Below, in pieces: positions 36,801 through 46,684 of a stretch of DNA of 46,684 nucleotides (within the stretch, counting starts at the first letter, position 1; every line of letters begins with the position of its first letter). The position numbers and the translations under genes were made by a program. A model generated the notes under the pieces. It had not been told where the DNA came from and did no database searches. It worked only from the letters and a program-made list of their open reading frames with translations. Source of the stretch: Folioceros fuciformis (taxonomy: Eukaryota); the NCBI GenBank assembly GCA_049999805.1, contig JBNGIO010006108.1:1-46684 (forward strand), in the 5' to 3' direction.

Positions 36801-38957
36801 ATCAAGCATAGATCATAACAAGTCCATTGAGTTGAATTTCTCTCTTGATAACACGTCCCTAAAGCGGTTCAGCTCCTTAACGATAGATCCAAAGAGCAGG
36901 TGAGCTGTAAGTATTATTTACCAAATGAAAGTGCTAGAGATTTTCGGCTTTGGGAAACTAGGATCTCGTAACTGCAGGTGATTATGATAACTCTGTTAAC
37001 GTGCGATGCCCTGCAGTGTAAGAGTATGGATCCACTTCTGGCCTGGAGTATTTAAAGGACAGTCAATTGGGGACCTGTGTGATGATAGGTCCGCCATGAT
37101 CTTTGTAAACTGCCGCCTTGTGAAGGTTCGTATCTTGCAACAATGAAATGCCTCCTCTTGAGCAGCAAGGAACATTACCACGACACCCACGGCAAAATGC
37201 TGAAATGTGTCATTGTTTCGACCTTTCAGGATTACCAGAGGTGCATCCCATTCCATGCAAGTTGCCGATATCCACAGATAGGCATTTCTGCAACGGATTT
37301 GGTGTTCTCTATATCACAGCTTTCACAATCTCAATCGGCGATTGTCAATACTCCTGATGATGAGAATGACGTTGATGTCACACTTTCTACTGGAAGGGAT
37401 GGGGGCTACTTTGGGGGTCATATTGCAGTGCACAACGAAATGGATGCTGTGGGGCCGACTGATGCTGAGCAGCTTACCACTGCCCGTCTGTTGTCCGCAA
37501 AAGGCCGTGTGGAATCAGATAAGCTTATTACCGAGGGGTCAGCCTATTCGTATTCTGAACTGGAGCGAGGTGAAAGCCTTGAACTGCTACCCCTTGTGCA
37601 AACTATAAAACTGAGCAACCTGTACCTGCACCGGCCGTTAAATTATGCTGTAAAGAATGACTCTCTGTTTTTCGAAACAAAGTTCCCAGAACCTCAAGAG
37701 GTCCCTGTATGTTCCGGGAAGCCTACTGACTACTCACAGGCGTCAAATGGAGCTAGTAGTGAGTGCAATGGCTTCCATCTGGTGTTTGTCAAACCAATTG
37801 CAGATAACCTGCAAACTCACCGAGAGATGATATTGAAGCAAAAGTATGTCGAGGAGCACGTAACTATATATAATCGCACAAACGCAAGGGAGAAGTACAC
37901 TGTGAGCCTGCGAATCACTGCCGGTCATCTTCGGAACTTCTTCGCTGCATTAGGGTAAGGCGGTGTCTTCAACCCAAAAGTTCTGTTAGCTGTCTCTTGT
38001 CTCCGTAACTGAGGAGTGAGGGAGAAAATACTGAATTTAAGTCCTGTGGCGTTGCAGGTCAAGGAATTCTTATCCATTTCGCCGTCTTGAGCTTGGGATC
38101 ACAGGCTTTCTCAGTAACTTTTATTGTCTTACCAGCAATCTGCTGGATGGGATTCAAGAGCTATCAGCTCACGAGTCACTGGCTGGTGCCTCAGAGACGA
38201 CTCCAGTTATGAGCAGTTCTTCAGGAATGAAAGAAAGCAGATCCTTGGCTTTGTATAATGTGAACGTAGTCAAGTGGATCGAGACGCGAGTTAGTTCCTT
38301 CCGTGTATCCGAAAAAGCTGTGAAGGAGTTGAAGGATTTGTTCTTTGATTTCCAATATCTAACAGGTACTTGAAGCTTACCTTAGTCTCAATAGACAGGC
38401 AGGGGCTTGCCAATCCATATCGCTAGTAATGTTCTAAAAACTGCCTGGTATTCTACAGATGAGCTAGTTTTTTACAGTCTTAAGGAGCGGTGGAGCCGAG
38501 GGAGTGGAACCCTGGAGCTTGCTGCTGTGCAACTTGCAAAACTGTTATATTGCACCTTATATCGATCGCAGGTTTGTTCTAAATTGTTACACTCAGCCGT
38601 TGCGTGTTATGTAGACTCCTGCTACTGCTTGCGTTGAGCGCGTCATCCTAACCGAAGACTGATCTGACTTTGCTCTGTGGTCCATGCAATTATCAGTTGG
38701 TCCAGTTGTGTGTTCATACATGTCGATCTGTGGCTTCTTGGAAGAGCTGGCCTCTTGAAGGGTTTGATACAGTTGATCCAAGACCGGCCATGTCAAAAGC
38801 AGATGCGCAGGTGTTTTGTACAAACTCTCTGCAATTTCTCACGAACTGGACAGGTCAGCTCCGTCATTTCCTTTCTTACTTCCCTGACAGTAGGGATGAT
38901 CTGCTTCCATTAAGGCAACTTCACCACGAAATTGACGGTGTCATGCCCATCCCGTGA
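24864..38957 (+). CDS. Very large uncharacterised protein (~3,500 aa, ~29 exons) with tandem ASH/PapD-like Ig-fold repeats
   Basis: Continuous chain of GT-AG exons from MTDAAAAAG (ATG at 24864) to ...NWTGQLRHFLSYFPDSRDDLLPLRQLHHEIDGVMPIP* (38957), including one ~3.6-kb exon (~30983-34572). A repeated [LI][DN][FLM]G-x(10-16)-[ILV]xNxS motif occurs about 12 times. Length is estimated from manual exon calls. Confidence 0.85.
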
Positions 38958-39333
38958 AAAAGATGGTGTCCACTCTATTTGCACAATTGCAAGGGCTACA
39001 GATCCTGTCGACAGCATAATGAGCAAAACAGCTTGATAAAACCTAGACTAGACAACACTCAGCAAGACAGCTTGATTATAATCGACACCCGTATTGCCAG
39101 GAAGCTAGATTCCAGGTTTCGGATTCACCAACTGTATGACTATGCATTATTCCCACACCAGTGATGTCTTCACAGGCTGGGCTAAAACTTTCATTTCATT
39201 TCTAAATGCCAGAATACTATGACGCGTAAGATCTGCACAATGAAACGAGGGGAGAGCAAAGGGGGACTATCGAAAGCAGACTCAAACAGTGAGGCGAGAA
39301 TCTCGTCGCGAGAGCAAGTCAAGTTGCGGCCAG

Positions 39334-40739
39334 TCACTGCAAAACAAAAGTAGTAAACCTTAGATCCCAAGACACAAACGGAGCAGTCAGTCGGGGCCTC
39401 GCCGATTACTTACCTCAAGAGACGTTTTTGCTTCCGGATCAAACGTTTTGCAAAGAATCTCATAACTTGCCTCTTGCCTTGTCTGTGCGCCCGAACATCA
39501 GATGGAATATAAAGATCAGCTGTCATGATCCAAAGCAGCCAACTGGATCCTGAACACTCCAACTTACACCATGTTCCTTCAGCATACCAGTGGATCTGCC
39601 CTGGATGGAGAAATGTTCGAAATGCTAAACCTGCAACCAGGAGAAGATCGCTCTGAAACCCTTCCTGGCACAAACAGCAGGGTGCACGAGCTTTGGATAG
39701 ATCATTTCAAGCACCTTAACTTCCCAGTGTAAAACTTCATTGCTACAACGTTGCGCTTCTGCACTGTGAGCAGGATGCCTTTAAGGTTGTTCTGCCAAAC
39801 AACCCCTTAGAACAAGAGCCAAATTGGTGCAACCCACGCCACTTGTCAATCTCCTCAACAGCCATCTAGAACACCAACACGCATTCACACAAAAAGCGAC
39901 CGGTGAACCACCGTACCTTGCGTGCTAGAAGCTCCATGAACAACATGAGAAATCTGCCAAGCCCTCGGCCCTGCACGCATCTCTCCAACTGCAGCTCGTA
40001 CACATACAGCACAGGAACATCCCGTTCCACCACAAACCGAAAGTGGACGAAAGCCACGACGGGATCCCCATCACCCGACCACAACGCCCCATTTTCGTCT
40101 CCTCCAGCCTGCTGATCTCCACTCGCTGTAGAGCGTCTCCGCACAATAATATAACGAGCTTGCGCTGATACCATGTCTCGCCTTTTAATCTTCTCTTCTG
40201 CAGGCCACTCAGGCCCATAAGGGTCCGACATGTTCACCTGCTCTGCCAATGACCAACAGAAGAGCTTCACATCACAGCCTTACATGTAAAACCACCCAGA
40301 AGACTCCAACAGGACACAGACATACAACATTCCCCCCACCTTCAGCAACTCCATGATGTATCGTTTAAGAGGCAAAGACAAGCCATCGCCAATTGCCATT
40401 TCCATGTGAAGATCCAGCCCTGCAAGAAAGAAATGTTCAAGCGCGCTCAGCTGTGGGTCCATCCCAGCTGCGAGCCAGCTGGCATGCACACAAGGCCTCA
40501 ACTTCACCATTCCGATCGAATTTCAGAAAGGCTGGAAACTCGGAGATCAAGTCCGGCTTGTCGTAGACTGCCTTCACCACTGCATCCACGCTCTTCTTCC
40601 GAGCCACCTCCTGCAGAGCCGTGGTCACAAAACACGTCACGTGAGCAACATTCCCTGGGGTCCGACACGTGAGCTCGGCCTGCCATACCTCCTGCCGCTT
40701 GGATTTCTTCTCCAGTTGGTGCTGCTTCTTGCGATCCAT
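39334..40739 (-). CDS. NAA40: N-alpha-acetyltransferase 40 (NatD, histone H4/H2A N-terminal acetyltransferase), multi-exon
   Basis: FPAFLKFDRNG|LDL, LLK|VNMSDPYGPEW..EKIKRRDMV..ARY, FVHFRF...VLYVYELQLERCVQGRGLGRFLM (GNAT acetyl-CoA motif), LTVQKRN..AMKFY, SYEILCK. An upstream in-frame ATG lies at 40793. The stop TGA falls directly after the last intron (39334-39336) if that intron is spliced. Confidence 0.92.
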
Positions 40740-41093
40740 GGCCGGGGCCCGGGAATCGAGATAAGGAGAAGAGCTCTTCATGACTTGTTCCATGGATGCC
40801 TAGAGGGGAAAGGTTACTCCCATTAATCCCGATTACGTGCGATGTATATACTTAGGTCTGTCATAGATGACCTATGCCAAGCCCAAAGTTTCTATGGGTA
40901 AGGACTGTAAGTTCTTAGGACGCCTGTCGCTCTGTAAATACGTATTGAACTTGTGACGCGAAGCTCTGCTTTGGGATGCTGGTGGGAGGAAATTTGTGAG
41001 GGGAAGGTGAAGCTTTTCGGGCACGAAGTGGTGGAGGTGCAGGACTTGCCGAGTTCAAATGTAGGCAGAGCCATGGCGTGAGCAGCTGGAGCT

Positions 41094-42701
41094 ATGGCGG
41101 ATGCGCGGGACATCTTGGGGCTGCCCAAGGCAGCGGGGGCGAGCAAGGACATCCTTGGAGGAAGCGGGGAGAAGAAGAGCAAGGCCAGCAAGGAGGCGGT
41201 GAAGAAACCTGATGGCGTGCCGCGGGAGGTGTACATGCTCACGGGGGGGCTGCCCCCGGCCATGCCGACCATGGACCTGGCCAGCCTGAGGAAGAGGCAA
41301 ACTCCGTCCAGCAAGAAGGTGGGATGGAGATGGCACCCCTTCACCAGCTCCGCCAGGAGTGACAACCTGCAGCTGCACCACTGGGTCAGGCTGGTTGACG
41401 CAGCCCCTCCCACGGGGGACTACGCCTTCGCCAAGTACAACAAGGCCGTGGAGGTGGTGCGCTACACGGACGAGGAGTACACTAGGTTCCTGACGGATCC
41501 CAAGTGGAGCAGGCAAGAGACGGACCAGCTGTTTGATCTTTGCGAGCAGTTCGATCTGCGCTTCATCGTCATCGCGGACAGGTTCCCGTGGGACAGGACT
41601 GTGGAGGAGCTCAAGGACAGGTACTACACGGCTGCCAAGGCCGTGGTTCTGGCCAGGGCTCCCAGCGCTGAGGATGTGGCGGACCATACCCTGGTGAAGG
41701 ACAGCTACGACATGGCGCAGGAGGTGGAGCGGAAGCGGGCCTTGGGCATCATGATGTCGCAGACCCGGCAGCAGGAGTTGGAGGATGCCAAGGTCTTGGC
41801 TGAGGCCAAACGGATCATGGCCAGCCGAGCCAAGGTGCTGGAGGAGGCGGAACCTCCGGTTGGGGTTTCCATGGCGACAGAGCCTGCTGCCGTGCCGTCT
41901 GTTGGTGCTGGTCCTAGCGCTGGGCCTGTTGCTGGTCCTGGTCCTGGTCCTGTTGCTGGCCCTGGACCTGGTGCTGGGGCTGGGGCTGGGGCTGGGGCTG
42001 CCTCTGCTGGTGCAGCTGCGGGTCCGTCTCTGGCTCCAGACAAGCAGCAGCACCCGCAGCAGACTGCTGCATCTCCGCCCCCTGCTGCTTCAGCTGCAGG
42101 AAGTTATGTTCAGGCTTCGGCTCCTACGGAGGTGGCTATCCCCCAGGTGTCAGCAGTTCCTGGGACGGATCCCAGCCCTGGGGTCACTCCTGTGAGCAGC
42201 AGCGGGCCTCGGCTGCCTCGACTCTTCCTCAGAACAGCTTTGCTGGCTCAGCAGGTGCATTCCACAACAGCTGCTACCGGGGTGAGGACGGCCAAGAGGG
42301 TGGAGCAGACACTGGAAGAACTCGGGGTTCGACCCAAGCCGAAGGTGGCCACGGCAGCAGTGTGTGAGCAGCATCTGGAGCTCCGGAAAGAGATTCTGAC
42401 CCTACTCAATCTCCAGAAGCAGGTGCAGTGGAAGGAGAGCGAGGTGGCTGTGCTTCGTGACAACCCGTACGCAGAAATTCCCTCGACTCCTACCACTCCC
42501 AAGAGGTCTCACCGTGGAGGAGGGGAGTATGAGCGGGTGGCCACCAGAGCGACTGCAATGGGAGCTGATTCTAACCCTCCCCCTGGGGAAAGGTTAGGAA
42601 AAAGGGAACACAAGCGCAAGGCACCAGCAAGGTTTGCAGAAGCTCCAGCATCACCACCAACTCAAAAGAGGGCCCGGAAGATGAAAGCAGCGGAGCTTTG
42701 A
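41094..42701 (+). CDS. SWC4: SWR1-complex protein 4 / DMAP1 (NuA4/SWR1 subunit), intronless
   Basis: DARDILGL, KKPDGVPREVYMLTGG, WRWHPFTSSARSDNLQLHHWV, YAFAKYNK, SANT domain WSRQETDQLFDLCEQFDLRFIVIADRF..RTVEELKDRYY, EVERKRAL, KRVEQTLEELGV..KPKV, HLELRKEILTLLNLQKQ. Confidence 0.96.
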   Translation: MADARDILGLPKAAGASKDILGGSGEKKSKASKEAVKKPDGVPREVYMLTGGLPPAMPTMDLASLRKRQTPSSKKVGWRWHPFTSSARSDNLQLHHWVRLVDAAPPTGDYAFAKYNKAVEVVRYTDEEYTRFLTDPKWSRQETDQLFDLCEQFDLRFIVIADRFPWDRTVEELKDRYYTAAKAVVLARAPSAEDVADHTLVKDSYDMAQEVERKRALGIMMSQTRQQELEDAKVLAEAKRIMASRAKVLEEAEPPVGVSMATEPAAVPSVGAGPSAGPVAGPGPGPVAGPGPGAGAGAGAGAASAGAAAGPSLAPDKQQHPQQTAASPPPAASAAGSYVQASAPTEVAIPQVSAVPGTDPSPGVTPVSSSGPRLPRLFLRTALLAQQVHSTTAATGVRTAKRVEQTLEELGVRPKPKVATAAVCEQHLELRKEILTLLNLQKQVQWKESEVAVLRDNPYAEIPSTPTTPKRSHRGGGEYERVATRATAMGADSNPPPGERLGKREHKRKAPARFAEAPASPPTQKRARKMKAAEL

Positions 42702-43800
42702 TTTATGATATCCTGACCCGAAAGCACCGAGTCCTGCTGCAGATCTTTCTTTGCACCGCTTCTCGTGGAAACACAGATGAAAGGTGAGAGCTCTGTCATG
42801 GTCACCTTTGCGTTTTCTTTCTTGTCTCGCCTATTCTCTCAAACTTTTTCAGTTGGCCCTTTCAGGATTAAAGCTGTATAGTCCCAGAATCACTTGTCCT
42901 CGAAATGAGCACTTATCAGATAAAGGTGAAAGGTTCCATGACCAACTACAAAAGCACCGATCAGGTGTGCTGATGTCGGAATTCAAACAGCCCTTTCAGA
43001 GACCAGAAGATTTTTGTTTTGGAAGTGCAGCAGACTTCAATAGTTGTGAATGTGGAGGCGAAAGGGAGCGAAGAGTTCAATTCGCACAGGGATGTGGAGA
43101 ACATTTGCCTAAATGACGCAGTGCAGGGAAGTTTCTCCTGGAGTGATAGTTACTTTTGTAATGGGTTGGTAGCGGTCAGCAATGTCAATGTCACGGGGTT
43201 GCGAGTAGCCATCATAGGTCTGGAGTAATTCACTCTGTTGGACTCATACATGTATCTCTGTTGAACCTTCCGATCCTCCTCTACCATAGTCACAGGACAG
43301 CGGCGTTGGAGATGTTAAGATTCGCTTAGCTCGGAGCATGGGAGTGGAATATGGTAAGTAAACTAGACAATGGTGAAAAGAGTATAAAGGTAAACACCGA
43401 ACAGGAAGGTACGGTCTATCTTACTATTGAGACTCGGTTTTAATTTAATTACATATAGTTCTGAATAAAACCAATAAATTCTTTACTACATGTATCGACG
43501 TGTAAACAATCGTCCTACCTGTGAATACTGTTCTGTGCACTACCAAATAGTGCCAAAGACTCGTAAAAGATCATCCGACTTTCCATCAACTGTCAACCTC
43601 CTAAGGAATGAGGATATCCATCAATTTGAGCCGAGTGTATTGGACCCAGACAACAACTAAGAAAAAAACCTGCCATAGAAACAAGGGACATACATTTGGA
43701 GAATCTCCCTGCGCGCTGTCTCCCAGAGCAATCATGGTCACGGCATAGTGGCCACAGCGATGTTACACAGGTCAAGGGCTCCTTCACAGGGATCGCTGAG

Positions 43801-45175
43801 CTAGTAAGCAATACCTCCGGAGAATGCATCTTGGTCAGGATGAAGACTGTTTGTTAGCCAGTAACCATCCCAACTGCCTCCAACTCTCTGCTCAAGGCAG
43901 AAACAAGTAGATCGTTAGTACCATGATTGGTCATTCCACTTAAAACAAAACGTGTAGATAGTCAGGTCTCCAGCGGCCATGACGTTAATGTAAAATTAGA
44001 AGCCTGAGATTCAGACCTGCTCCAGGCTGAACTCGAAAATCCCTTCCTCCTCAGGTCGGACTCCACAAACCCATACCCTCTGTTTGAAGCAGTGCTGGAG
44101 AACCCACATCATAAATCGGGTGAGTTTAGGGCCACCTGCAGAAGTTGGTATAGGAACTTGACAGCAATCCACGACGAACCTCGTTCATGTAGAGACTGCT
44201 CAGAATTTTACGTTCTTTGTGATTGAGTAGGACACGGTAGGTTGTGTGATGAAATATACGCCTGAACCTCTCGAACTGCATCCACAACATGTTTTGTGCA
44301 CCAGCCAGCAGTTGTTCTCATCTGCATCCCTCAAAGCATCATCCTCAAAAAAACGGTCAGAACACGACATACCTGTCCAAGATCGAAGTGCGGTCCAAAA
44401 TAAGTGGACGGGCGAAATGGATCAAACCCAGCAAACTGCACAAAGATGTCGATTGTTGAAGAAAGATATCCAGGCACAAATGACCCAGTCAAGAAACAAG
44501 GGTCACCTGTTGCACAAAGCAGCCACATTGAGACAGAGGTGGAGTTACCCTGTACATGACCTCGATGCCATGGTCCAAATACGGGACGTCGTTATCTTGC
44601 AACGCATCCAGCTGCCGCAGCGTTGCCTCTTCAGCTGTTGACTGCAGAAAGACAGCCAAAAAAGGAAACCATGACAGGCCATCAAAATTTGGAGATGGGC
44701 AACAACGCATCACCAACAGACTGGCGGCAAAAGGATACACACATCATGGCTAGGGCCGAGTGGCTTCTTCTCTCGGCTGTCTTTCCTGCATTCACCAATC
44801 ACCACGGCAATCATCCTGACCGATTCCATCCAGCCCGAGAAACGAAGATTAAAATGCAAAAGATTCTCACATGTCAGTCCACACGACAAGGCTACATTAC
44901 ACGCACGTATCAACAAGCTCGGAGAGGTGAAATCACCATGTGGATGGAAAGTAGTCAGGTACCTCCGGTCCATCCAGGGCTCGAGCAGCCACGCTCTTCC
45001 GAGGTCTCCTGCTCACATACAACCTCCTGGCGGGAGCGGCCCATCTTGTCCTGGTCCCCAGACTTGGCTTCTTGGACACTACAGATACCGAGTGAAATTC
45101 AGGCCAATTTGCACATTTCCGCCAAGTGGATGTGGGCGCGGCCAGAACTCGATCAACTCCTCCGGTTTTCATCAT
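43801..45175 (-). CDS. Conserved plant protein of unknown function, probably plastid-targeted, 7 exons
   Basis: Transit-peptide-like first exon ending EVPDYFPSTW, then KDSREKKPLGPSHD|STAEEATLRQLDALQDNDVPYLDHGIEVMYR|FAGFDPFRPSTYFGPHFDLGQ|FERFRRIFHHTTYRVLL..|..FKQRVWV..RPEEE..F..Q|RVGGSWDGYWLTNSL..FSGGIAY*. Splice phases are consistent. Stop at 43801-43803. Confidence 0.85.
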
Positions 45176-46164
45176 CCCTACGTTTGTAGATGTCCAATAT
45201 CCACACCAGGCTTCTCTGCTGTACTACCAACCAGCTCCACCTTAACGGACTCCCTGTCCGACACACCAGCTTGGATTCTAGACAGCGTGTCAAGACACAA
45301 ACACAATTCCACCAAACCAGAATGAGACCAATGGACAGTGAGCTCGTACGCGCAAGCCTGGCTGGTCTAGCCTGTGGCTGAAGAATCAGAACTCGTTCTT
45401 GCACAAGCGTGGCTCACATATCGTTATGATCCCCGTATACCAGATTCTTTGTGTCATATAACACGTGGCATGGGCTTCCTCCATAGCCTCTAAAATATCG
45501 GCGCCGTGACCATGTCAAGGGACCGTACTTTGTGCCAATATGTATGTACAAAGCATTTATAATACCATATCCCAGGAGTAACCTTCCCTTTCCCTTTCCC
45601 GTCTGCCATCGTCCTCACTCCTCATCCCGATTTGCCGTGTCCCTATCCTCATTCTGCACTGAGGAGTACAAGTCCTGTCAGTTGAACCGCACCGTCTGCC
45701 ACATTGCACATTCCAAAAGGAATCTGTGCAATGTTCTGCAGATAGGTGGATGGTGTTTTGTACTAGACCAACGAAGAAGAAGCATGTGTAGAGGAATCTG
45801 GATCCCAATCTAAAATCATAGATACACAAACAAATTGCAAGGGTGAAAGTTGCTTGTGGTGCACATTTAAGTTGGTATGCTGATCATGAGTGTATCAACA
45901 GCAGGTTTTTTTGGAGGTTCTTTTGACATAGACAACATCTAGGAGGAGACCTGTTATGCTTGACATTCATCAGTCATGTTATGGTGTTTACTTTCAACTA
46001 AGGAGAGGCACTCATAGAAGGGAATTTGGATATGTCATCCACTAAATTGGGATGATATTATCCCTTCCCTCCTTAAGGCCTACCCTATTCTACAAATTCC
46101 TGAAAGCACTGAGAGGATGGGTTCTAGCTAGTTGATGCCACGTTATGGGTTGCACGCACATATT

Positions 46165-46264
46165 NNNNNNNNNNNNNNNNNNNNNNNNNNNNNNNNNNNN
46201 NNNNNNNNNNNNNNNNNNNNNNNNNNNNNNNNNNNNNNNNNNNNNNNNNNNNNNNNNNNNNNNN
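46165..46264. other. Assembly gap (100 N)
   Basis: Run of 100 N with AT-rich flanks. Confidence 0.99.
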
Positions 46265-46684
46265 TTTCTTCCTCTACATCTTATACCTAAACCACTTTTC
46301 TTTCCTTGAGTTTTTTAATTCTTGCTTAAATCCCTTTATTCTCTTAGTTCCTTAGTCGTCTTAGTTCCCCCTAATACCATGTCATAATCACCCCCTTTAT
46401 AATAATGAAAAAATCTTGATAAAAGTATTATTTTTCCTCAGTAATAATGATTATCTTTAATAATAATTTCATTAATCATAAGTCCTATGCAGTAATGGCA
46501 TAAGTGAAATAAGGTGAAAGTTAAAAGTAGAAAGGTGAAAGCTAAATCTAGAGCTGTCTTGATGAAGAAGCAAGTATGCTTCTTACTGCCTTTGGAAACA
46601 AAATGTGTGTTCCAGGCAAAACCTCCTAAGAAGGATGGAGTTGTAATGACCACTAGTATTCTAGGATGAGTGGTGTGTATCATT

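Noticed and set aside
20378-38957. DAZ1-like gene plus ASH-repeat gene as a sperm gene cluster
   Set aside because: Only adjacency supports it, the ciliary role of the large protein is unproven, and the other neighbours are unrelated housekeeping genes.
41055-42053. 332-aa antisense ORF within SWC4, and similar ORFs antisense to the zinc finger and PPR
   Set aside because: Shadow ORFs expected from GC-rich codon usage, with no recognisable motifs.
44640-44745. GTATCCTTT on the minus strand resembling a U12 5' splice site
   Set aside because: It is out of phase with the conserved reading (GPSHD|STAEE), which uses the GTGTGT donor 4 nt upstream, and there is no TCCTTAAC branch site near the acceptor.
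45850-46684. AT-rich gap-flanking sequence as a transposon
   Set aside because: No terminal repeats, primer-binding site or transposon protein motifs are visible in the available sequence.

Overview
Gene-dense land-plant nuclear DNA, with about 12 apparently intact genes in 46.7 kb, introns mostly 80-200 bp, and two 100-N scaffold gaps. The PPR style, the WOX13-type homeobox and the compact layout suggest a non-seed plant such as a hornwort, fern or lycophyte (inference). Gene order: S40/DUF584 senescence regulator (+), purple acid phosphatase (+), decayed PPR fragment (-), AT-rich and tandem-repeat block, WOX13-like homeobox (+), membrane-anchored MYB (+), F-box/LRR (-) head-to-head with RNA Pol III subunit RPC6 (+), PLS-class PPR (-), DAZ1/ZAT-like C2H2 zinc finger (+), a possible GT47 relic, a ~14 kb, ~29-exon gene for a ~3,500-aa uncharacterised protein with many ASH/PapD-like Ig repeats (+), NAA40 (-) head-to-head with an intronless SWC4/DMAP1 (+), and a conserved, probably plastid-targeted unknown protein (-). 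I see no clearly new multi-gene system. The best leads are the giant Ig-repeat protein, an in-frame DYW-like relic behind the PPR stop codon, the intronless SWC4 and WOX13 copies, and two very tight divergent gene pairs. All family assignments come from motif recognition by eye, not from database searches, and exon boundaries were read manually.
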